A stretch of 64,000 bases of DNA from Podarcis melisellensis (Eukaryota): NCBI GenBank assembly GCA_964234715.1, contig OZ174280.1. The stretch is one strand, 5' to 3'. The position numbers and the translations under genes are program-made. The notes below the pieces were generated by a model that was not told the DNA's origin, made no database searches, and saw only the letters and a list, made by a program, of their open reading frames with translations. Within the stretch, counting starts at the first letter, position 1. Every line of letters starts with the position of its first letter. This document shows positions 12,831 through 22,900 of this stretch, one piece after another.

Positions 12831-13119
12831 AGTGAATGGGTACATTTCTATAGGATTTTGGTGCATTTATTGGTAAACCGGACTCTGCTAGTGCAGCTGT
12901 TGTAGCTTTAATGACAATGTTTACAATTAGATAATTTTACCTTGGAATCACAAATGTTATATTAAAAATTGAGATGGGCACTAGAAATATCCTAATGATC
13001 AAGGAGAATGCTTGCTTATTAGGTTTTCCCACCATTATAAGTTATTTCAGTTTTCATTCCCAGTGAAATATTTATTTTCTCATCTTTATTGTTAATTTTA
13101 TTTCATTTCATTTAAACAG

Positions 13120-13137
13120 AGAATGGACATTCTTTGA
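13120..13137 (+). CDS. LEPR: Alternative terminal coding exon of the short leptin receptor isoform (LEPRa/Ob-Ra-like), RMDIL-stop
   Basis: Pyrimidine tract plus tttaaacag|AGA ATG GAC ATT CTT TGA, phase 0 like the Box1 donor. Human LEPRa ends in RTDIL*, and the following agtctaatcatgatcact matches its 3' UTR start as recalled. Confidence 0.88.
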   Translation, partial: RMDIL

Positions 13138-14084
13138 AGTCTAATCATGATCACTGCCCGCTGAACCAATGTGACAGCTCCCAGACTTCCTATACAGAGT
13201 TGTTAGAAGAATTATCTATTTGAATTCAGAAGACAGAATTACTTACATATCATTTCATTATTCTGCTGATTTTGTTCATACATAATAGTGCTGGAAATGA
13301 TTTTGTTCAAAAGTTGCACTACTGGTATACAATTTTGAGAACACTTTCTATATTTCAGACCAGGTAAAGGGTTTGCTGGGTTTAAAGGGAGCATACATAT
13401 CAAGATAGAAGTTAGGAGGACATGCTACATTATGATTTAATAACATGGGAACAAGCCTACACTTGAGAGCAACCCTCATCCCTTTCTTTCTCTTGCTTGG
13501 CTGGGAGGAGGAGTTTGGACACCTTTAGCTCAGCTTGTAGTTTATTGCAGTTTGTCATGTCATCCAGACCAGCAACTTTGGTTAACATGGGCGAATTTTG
13601 GTTACAAACAAACTTACTTCAAACTGCAGTTTCTGAAACAGGCTTGTTTAAACTAACCATAGTTAACGTTGATGACAAGTCCATAACTGAATGATATGGC
13701 AAACTGTTGCTGTTTGCTGGCATCTGTCTGGTGTCTCACTTTACTCCCCAAGACTCCTGTTAACCAGCCTTAACTGACATGAATGCATAGAGAGACCATC
13801 AGTAGTATATGGCTGACTAAATGAGGGGTGGCATAATGGGAAGGGAACCGGATTTTGCATTTAAGCCTGATATTTCCCATCCTTGGTTTACAACAATAGC
13901 AATAGGAGTCCAGAATGCCATGGCCTTAGAAACATCAATCTTTCTGCCATATTTCCATTTATTTATAAATGGTCTTTTAAAATGCTTTGCTAGTTGAACC
14001 GACACTTCACAGTATGTGCTGCTGAGTGTGTTGACCACCTAGAACGTAATTATTCTGTGGCTTCAATAGAGCTCTACGTATGTA

Positions 14085-14323
14085 CAGTGGTACCTCGAGT
14101 TACAAACGCCTCAGGTTACACATGCTTAAGGTTACAAACTCTGATAACCTGGAAGTTACTTCAAGTTGAGAACTTTGCCCCAGGATGAGAATGGAAATCA
14201 TGTGCTGGCGGCGAAGCAGCAGCAAGAGGCCCCATTAGCGAAAGCACGCCTCTAGTTAAGAACAGTTTCAGGTTAAGAACGAACCTCCGGAACGAATTAA
14301 GTTTATAACTAGATGTACCACTG
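14085..14323. mobile_element. Tc1/mariner (Tigger-like) MITE, CAGTGGTACC family
   Basis: ta|cagtggtacctcgagttac...gtttataactagatgtaccactg|ta; same subfamily as 34011-34236. Confidence 0.85.
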
Positions 14324-17300
14324 TAGCTGAGTAGCATAGTCAGTAGAGGCACAGCCCTGAACTCCTCCCAGTTACCTTACTCTAATATTGCCTATAAATT
14401 GAACAGGAAGCAAGAAGAGACTGTCATGAATAAGTAACCACATCTAAAACAGTTTTATTCAGGAAGAAACCCTCTCTACTTAGTTTGATTAGTAAGAAAA
14501 GTACCCAATTACTCTGACATTATGGCTTTTAAACTTTCGACTGACTTTGAGGTTATCAGTTGGAATATGAAATAGGAACTTCCTTAGAAACGGAACTTCC
14601 AGTTCAAAATCCTTCAAAATAGGGCACTCTGTGTTAATGAGAAGCTATTAGATTCTATGGGTCTGTGATCTTCTTTGTATGAAGAGACTTTTCTTAAAGA
14701 CAAGAGATGCCTGACAACACTATTACGGAAGTACATGTGATTTCTGTTCATGTCCATCAGAGTACTGAATGTCACACAACAAGATATATGGAAAATCCCA
14801 CTTGTTTGTTTAGCTATGCACATCTACTCCACTTTAATTTCATTTCATAGATGTATACATCTCCAAATTGCCTTTGAAATGAACATAATTCTGAAAACCT
14901 TCTTAATTCCCTGACTGGGTCCTCTGTGGTTATGCATATTACAGTTTCTAGTTAGTCTATTAAACTCATTTTTCTTTCTTTATTGTATTTACTTGACTAT
15001 ATCAATAGCGTATTAGCATTTTAAAAAGCAATGCCAATATATGTAACAGAGGATGAGTTCTGAAAGCAACAGGATTTTCCATGCCCTCCCTCCAATTTCT
15101 GTTTACGTCAGTGCACTTGGTGTAGAAGTTCAGTTTTAGAAGAAGCTCGTAAAAATATTGAACATGTTTGAACAAAAAGTTTATTATTGGAAACACTAAA
15201 GGGGCTATACTTCCTAGTATAAGTATAGCACTTGTGTACAGGGCATTGTACCTATGGCTCAATGGAGGCCTTTTTCTACTTTCACCTCTTGAAATGCATG
15301 CAGAGGTGAGAACACAGGCATCACACCAGGGTATTGCAGGGGACAGGAGGTATTTGAACACCTACCATCCAGCCATTCTTAATTACTTAGGCATGGGGAG
15401 CTGGGGATAGGGAGCAGGACGAGAGGGAAGACAGAGAAATAAGATTCTGCCCACACCAGAAAGGATGCCCTAAGGTAACATAGAAATACCAAAATGTAAT
15501 TGAAATTTTCTACAAAAGAAAAATGCAACATAAACAAAGGTGCATGCAGTAAAAATTAAATTAGTCATCTTCATTAACCTTAGTTGGTCTACTCTTGAGT
15601 AGGAGTAATGTTTCAGACAACCTCATGTCTACAGAATATTGAAAAATCATTATTTTTTGCAGCCACACTCCAATCCTTCAAAACTACCAAGTTACAGTTT
15701 CCTCAGTGAAGTCAGTGGGATCACTTTTTCATATCGTGAATACAAATAAATTGCATGTAGGACTTTGAGTGACTGTATTTTGCACTCTCTCGTTACCTTG
15801 CAGTTGAATCCAAACTAAATTTTATATGACAGCTACTGAAGTTATGAATGCTACCTTCATGTTACTTTTCACAGGCTTAAATTGCTGTAAAAATGTTTTC
15901 CTGGCACTCCCATTTGATGCATATATTCAAGAGCAAATATTTAACAGCCAAATGCTTAAGCAATTTACTCTGCATTTAACTATTTTATCATTGTAGCATT
16001 GTGGGGTGTTTTTTGCCAGGAAACAGTACCTACAACATCTAACTCATATTAACTCATATTAATTCATATTCTAATTCATATTCATTCATGCTAACATATG
16101 GCTTATTTGATATATGCAATCTGTGTCCTTGATTTGACTCTGTAGGTCAAGTATCAGAGAGCTGCTTTAGAAAGCTGTAGTGGTAAACTCAAGCCCTATC
16201 ACTGTGTGATCTGTGGGAGCCTCATATGTCTCTCTGTACAGAAAATCTCTATAGCACCCAAGGGAGCCCTGTGTTATATAAGCAGTCTCTCTTCTCCTAT
16301 TTTAGCTACTGCAATTTTTTGTATTTTGATAGTCATATAGATTTATAAGCCACTTTTCTTTAGTTTCTTCTCTGTTGGGCTTATAAAAACTGCCTACCTG
16401 AGCAGGGTAAGAGGAGAAGCTATGCACCTGGAATGCATAGCCTTATCCCATGACTCTAGAACTAGCGCTGGGTAGCTAGTAGGTAGGAAGGAAGCAAAAT
16501 GGCATTCCATTTTAATCAATATCTGATCGGAGTATGGGTTTAGTACCACTGGATACAAATTTGCAGGAAACAGTTTTGATTTTTCAAGAAGCCAGAATAA
16601 TTCCCCATGCAGACTTAACAGATACCAGAAAACTTCTCGTCAGAGTAGGGAGCAACTTGACCAGATATCAGGATACAGTAGCCTGTTAGGTATGGCACTT
16701 GACTAAATTCTTGAAGTTGATAAGGGCTGGCTGCTCTTGATAAACACTTGTACCAATGACACGTATATCCATCATTATTTCTACCGGATTGGAGAAGTAA
16801 GGGGTGTAGATAGACCACATCATTTCTTCCATATACTATAGGCTATAAAACTTGTGAACCTTAATTACCCAAGCTGGATGGCTTTGGGTGGACTTTAATA
16901 ATTTGCAGAGACTGTAATTGTTGACCACAGCCAATTTTACTTGTCAACTTGTGGGTTTTAAGTACTGCAAAACTTTGCCCTCCCCATTATTCTCATAATT
17001 CCTCCTAAATGACATGAATGAAAAACTGGCTCAGAGCAATTGCTTTAACAAATTTTGAGGCCCTTTCCCCTGAAGTGGGTGGGTGCTCATTGTGCTAGTT
17101 GTATGAACCAGTTTGCTGCCAAAGTGCACTATAGCCCAGCCCTCCGAAGTAGAAATGGGTAGGAACTTTTTCCTACCAGTCTACTCCAAAGGCATAAATA
17201 GGGAGCAAGACTCAGGGCTTCAGCACTGCCAATGTAATGCATGCATACTTTCTCTTCATTGACAAGAATGAAAATCTGGTTCAGAACAATTATGTTTCCC

Positions 17301-17625
17301 TTTGTTATATAAGCTCATCAGAGACTGACCTGAAATGGAACCTTCAGTATTATCCAAACTCCAATGGTATCATAAATGTAAATGTGTTACAAATTTCTGG
17401 CACTAATCTCTCTTTTGTTATAATGCTTATGCACACTACTTAAAATAAAGCATACAACTTCATGAAATGTGAATGCCATTACATTCATCAGGCTTTTAAA
17501 GTTGTGCCAAATTAAGAATAATAAAATTGAAGTGTTTAATGTATTTCCTTTCCCCCACCTTTCTTTTCTGTTCATTTCAAGTCATTAATTAATAAATGAG
17601 CATTAAAATGTATCTTGTCTTCTAG

Positions 17626-18441
17626 CCTGAAACCTTTGAACATCTCTTTCTCAAGCATCCTGAAGCACTGTCATTTGGTCCTCTTCTTCTGGAGTCAGAA
17701 ATAGTGTTGGAAGATATCAGTATTGAGAAAGCAATGAAAGACGAAGACAAACAAGACTTACTAGCTATTGACTCTCTGTTTGCAACCACACAAGACTTGG
17801 AGCATGACTCAGCTTGCTCTAGTGGCCATTTCAATAGTGGTAGTGTCTCTGAGAATGTCCATGATGCTGAAACCCGTGGTGGAATGACAGGACAATCTAA
17901 TATAAAATATGCAACTATTTTAACCAACTCCATGTCAAGTGGGCTTTATGAGCCATCAAAGGATCTAAGCAGTTCTTTTGTAAGAGGTTTTGTAGGCCAT
18001 GATTCCTTAGTTCCAACATCTTTCTCTGGCAGTTCTTGGGCAATGGGAAATCAGTCACTTCTGCTATTGCCTGATTGCGATGAACACCTGTCCCCCCAAA
18101 AGCTCTCTCTTTCTGTTGTTTCTTCTGAGGGCTTCTCAGAACCTTCAGAGCAGGGTAGAACTTTCAGTGAGGAAGACAGTCCAAAGAGAAGCATGTTCTA
18201 CTTAGGAATGAGCTCACTCAAAAGTGAAAATGACATCTGTTTAACAGAAAGTTCCAATGGGGTTTGTCACTTTCACACCAATGCTCTAGCTGAAGGCATG
18301 AAGTTTCCTCAAGATATAACCAGTGATCTAAATCCCTTTATCAACAAGTGTGAAACCCCTGTTCAAGCTTTCATACCATACATGCCACAGTTCCAGACCA
18401 TGGCAATTAAATTGCATGAGACAGCCAGTGGTAAAGTCTAA
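17626..18441 (+). CDS. LEPR: Leptin receptor terminal exon of the long signalling isoform LEPRb
   Basis: tcttctag|CCT GAA ACC; 816 nt to TAA. Encodes PETFEHLFLKH...GPLLLE, IKYATIL (Tyr985-equivalent, 17908), SMFYLGM (Tyr1077-equivalent, 18199) and the YMPQ STAT3 motif (Tyr1138-equivalent, 18379). Confidence 0.97.
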   Translation, partial: PETFEHLFLKHPEALSFGPLLLESEIVLEDISIEKAMKDEDKQDLLAIDSLFATTQDLEHDSACSSGHFNSGSVSENVHDAETRGGMTGQSNIKYATILTNSMSSGLYEPSKDLSSSFVRGFVGHDSLVPTSFSGSSWAMGNQSLLLLPDCDEHLSPQKLSLSVVSSEGFSEPSEQGRTFSEEDSPKRSMFYLGMSSLKSENDICLTESSNGVCHFHTNALAEGMKFPQDITSDLNPFINKCETPVQAFIPYMPQFQTMAIKLHETASGKV

Positions 18442-19126
18442 GCTGCCACCTATTGAAGTGTACTACTCTTGATGTACTCTTGATTAAGGCCTCTTTTCTC
18501 TCCTCGTGATTCACATTTTTCCTCAATGAACAGGCCCATATTTATTTATTTTTTAACTCATAGCCCACATATTTTATTCAACGTTGCACTTCTGTTGCAA
18601 GAATATTGCATTTTCTCCAGGTACAACAACGAAACAGCATTAGGTTCCTGGCAAAATGTGTTTGCTGCCCTCCCCCTGGCTGATAATTCCATTGTAACTT
18701 TTATGTGAAATGTGGCTGAATCCAAATCTTTTGGATGCCATAGTGGCCTTACTAAATTCAAAAGGAACAAATCCTTTCCTCCCCTGTCCCCCATCTGCTC
18801 CATGACTGCATCATTCTGAGAACTTTCAAAACCAGAAAAGGACTCTCTTGCTGTATGGCGCTACTAAAAAAACAAACAAACAAAAAAACCTTAAAAAAAC
18901 AACAACCTCGCTGAGCCTTGTATTATATCACCCCATATTCCCCCCACCATTTTATGAACATTTAAAAGACGTGTGCTTTTCCCTATTCACATTTTTAGAA
19001 ACTTGGGAGAGAAGAGAAAGCCTATCTGTTATCGGAAAGGCAGATACATGCACTCGCACACAGCATGTGTTATGTGGGAGCATATAGTGAGCAACTGAAA
19101 CTGGATGGGTGACTGGGAGCATGGGG

Positions 19127-19132
19127 AATAAA
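19127..19132 (+). promoter_or_regulatory. Candidate proximal polyadenylation signal for LEPRb
   Basis: First AATAAA noticed after the stop codon. Others are at 21518, 22051, 22064 and 24560. Confidence 0.3.
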
Positions 19133-19636
19133 GTGAGGGCTGGATACTGCTTGATCTAGTGAAGAGACCCTTAAAATGTCCCCCTATATTAGATATATTG
19201 ATTTATACTGAGTGTAGGGTGTTTTATGTTATTTTTAGTACCAAACTAAGTGCTTTGCTACACAGTAGACTCAGAACTTACCCACTCTTCTGCTTGTCCT
19301 GTGGCTAGAAAACAAGGTTCCGAACAGCTTTTTGGTTGTCCTGTGCTTTCTAAACATGGGTCTAAGTGGTTTTGCCTTTGCTCCACCACCTCCCCCTGGA
19401 AAACACACTCTTCAGCTATAAACTGGAACAAACAGCAATTTGTGGAAAACTCAATTGCCATTGGCTCCAAATCAGCACTAATCCATGGGCTTTTCTGGGG
19501 AAAAGCAGCCAGGCAAATGCCGGTTGTCCTGAAACACATTATCTGCAAAGCAACTAGTAACAGCTCTCCTCCAAAGAGCACTGTTGTCAAGGGTATTTTC
19601 ATACAATTTTCTAGCCAGGACTTTAATAGAAGGTGG

Positions 19637-19963
19637 CAGGGGCAGCCCAGACTGTTTTGCCACCTGAAGCAAAAAGGGGAGGTGCCACCTCACCTGGCAG
19701 CTGCTGCCCCTGCTGCGTGTCCTCAAAGTCGGAGTCATGGGGCTTACGGTTTGGCTGCGTCAGCTTCCAGCAGTGAGGAGAGGTGGTAGTGGCTTCTCCT
19801 CACTTCTATGCTGGGAGGAGACTGCGGTGGCATCAGAGGAGACGCGGCAGCAGCAGCCAACCCCACTGCCACTGCTTCTCCAGAAGTGGGGGGGGGAGCA
19901 CACAGGGTCAGGGGGTGCTGCCTAAGGCATCTGCCTCCGTTTGCCTCATGGGTGGGCCAGCCT
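19637..19963. mobile_element. GC-rich hAT-type MITE (cagggccggccc-like ends, decayed)
   Basis: Termini caggggcagccc / gggccagcctg around a GC-rich interior; no clear TSD. Confidence 0.5.
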
Positions 19964-22900
19964 GGAACATGTGAAAAAAATGTTGAATAGGTATGGGGGG
20001 GTTGTGTGTGTGTGCTGTCTTAAACAACTAGATGTGGCATTGTGCAAGCATATTCCTAATATCTAATCTCTCAACACTAAAGCTTGTCCTGTCATTTGGG
20101 ATCAGTGCCAGTCTGTTAATATGGATATGCTTGAGCAACACCTGTAATCATGATGATTCGGACCACATTGCATGGAGGGGATGCCTGAAGAGTATATGAG
20201 TACCAACACCTGCATATGCCCAGTCTCTGATTAAAATCTTCAAAGATATTTTTCATCCATTTACCCAGTGTAACAGGGACAGGGCTATCAAGTTCTAACA
20301 TTGTTTTGTTTTTTAAGTGGATTTGTCATTGAGTAAGATACTGTTGCCCTCAGCAATGGATCTTAAAACACCAGCATGCCTTCCTTCATAATTTGGATAG
20401 AAAATTGACAGTGCAAAGTTTGTGTGTGCTCAGAGGTTAAGTCTCAGTGTGCCCAATGAGACTCACTCACTAGTAATGAGTTTAGAATTGAAGCTGATAC
20501 AAAGGTAGCATAGGCTGTGTTCCAATTCCAATGTTGCTCTTCAGCAGAGAATTGTAGAGAAGTGATGCATCTCTGTCCACAAAAAGCAGGGTGGGAACAA
20601 ATGCTCTAGGTATTGTTCTAGGTGGGCAGATAACTCATTGGAATTGGCTTAGAAGAGCCATGCTTCTTCCATGGATTTTGGTGGACTGAATTGGTCTAAC
20701 AAAAGTCCAGGTCTCCAATATCCCAGGTCAACAGGGGTTTTGAAAGCTTTTATGTGGTTGTGGCAAGTCACACTTTTGCCACAACCACAAAAGTGTTCCC
20801 ACTATCCAAAACAGCTGAAAAACCCATTTTTGATAGCACTGTGACAACACTGTGAACAGGCATTCAAAGAGATAGCAAATTTATTGACTTTTACCATAGC
20901 TACCCCAACCACTCATCATTTGTTTGTGTGTTTTTAAATATATATTTAATTAATTGATGCTAGCAACCCTAGTCCATTTCAAAGAGTCTGGTAACAGGAC
21001 CAAGCCACAGCTTTCCTAGTAAGAAAAGGCAATAATTTGTAACTATTTCACCATTCAGCTTAACTTTAGGTATCAAAAGCACTGCAGACTGAAATCTATT
21101 ACATAATTTCTGAAGCTGAACCCACAGTTGCTACCTGTCTAATGAATGTACAGTACATGGAACAAAATCAGCCCTGGAGGAATTGTGTGTTTGGTTTTAT
21201 CAGTGGCCTGCTGTTTTATCTGAATGTATGGGAAAACTCTTGTTGGTTTTGTAAGCAAGAAGCATTACCACAATGAGTTAGCAAGGCAAAACAAAAAAAC
21301 ACTCAGCTCTTTCACCATAGCTCTAATCTTGATTAGCACCTTAACTTTTCTATTTGCTGTGCCTCTGAACTCTGAATGCTGTGCCTTACTGTTTGTTCAT
21401 ACTGCTTAGCTAATTGTCGTACTTTGAAATTCAGGTTAGGAGGATGTAGTGACCCACTTCTAAAGTATACACACAATTCTAGGCAAAATCACGGGTAGTT
21501 GCTGCTCTTTAAGTAGTAATAAAAAAATAGCTTCGTGTTTTTAACTGTAACCAACGAAGAGAAATTTCCCAAGTTTTCAGGAGCTTTATTCTTTGTCTTA
21601 GTTTCAGTGACATAGACAAGCAGAGTGCATACATATACTATCTAGAATTGCTATTAAAATCTCAAAATGACATTCAGTCTTGCACTCCTATAAACTCCTA
21701 TAAAAGAGGCAACATCTGCATATTCTGCATCTACCATCTGCTCTGTTCTATCTATGCCCCAGCCTAATCTTTAGTAATTACTGTAGCTAACGCTAATGAT
21801 GCCTAGGAATAAGGCCTTCGACAGTGAAGATTAGAAGCCTGGGCAACTCTTATATAATGCTTCATTTTACGATTGCTTTTTGTGATTCTTCAATCTATGG
21901 TCTGTTTTCTCAGTATTTCCATTACTTTAGAGCACTGTAATGAGGCTTGTAAAATCTCAGTGTTCAAATTGCCTGGAGAGCGGTGGAGGTGAATAACAAA
22001 ATACAGCCTCACCAGTCGGAATTGCCCTGGGACATTCAAGAGGACATGAAAATAAACAGTTCCAATAAATATGAATATTTTTACCTTCATGGACCAATAT
22101 AAAAAGACAAGGAATTTGCATCATGCAAGTTTTTATCATCATCCCAGTCCACTTATTGTACAATATCTGGAAATTCTAAGAACTAGAATGTATGTAGGTC
22201 ACCAGTAAAATGTTCCTCTAGGTCCCAAGAGGGAGATATGATTAGGTAGGCAGAACCAAATTTGCTTTGGCTGATGTACATGTATTGATGCTCACAGTAA
22301 ATTTGGTCAAGATGCACAGCTTTTTGCCCAAATTCTTTCCTGTTATGTAAACACTGGATATATGATTAGAAGTGAACAGGTCCTCCCTTGATATTCCCCT
22401 GTTTATCCACACAAAGATGAAAAAGACACCGGAGGGGTGGGGTTGGGAAATTTTAAGCATTACACTGATGCTATTTCTACTTTACACTGTTCTGTCAAAA
22501 TATAAGGGTCTATGTTTTATGTTCATGTCATTGATTCATTTAGCCCAGGGCCGCCTATACTGGCAGGCAGCACCTTTCATGGTTTTGAGCAAAAGCCTTT
22601 ATTGATCTGTTACATGAAGCTGTTTTAGCCAGGCTATGCTAGGAATAGAAAATGAGGCCTTATACACAATCCCAGCACTGGTCCTTTCTCATTGTAAACA
22701 GAACATCACTGGTGGTTTCTCCATAGCACTATTCCCCCTCCCCGAAACTAAGTTTAGGAAAAATGTTTGGGTTCTAGATAATAGGAAGAATGCAAAGATA
22801 TCCACGATAAAGTCATGTCCTGAAAAAGCAGAGGACATCCTGACCCAAAGACAATCACTTGCAGTCTTTGTATGCTACCTCCTCATCCCCCACCCCCAAT

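Noticed and set aside
13138-13164. Conserved stop-codon read-through extension of LEPRa
   Set aside because: The frame closes after 8 codons and the stop context TGA-AGT is not the TGA-CTAG read-through motif.
19250-19789. 179-aa ORF downstream of LEPR
   Set aside because: GTG start, no recognisable domain, and its end lies in a GC-rich MITE.
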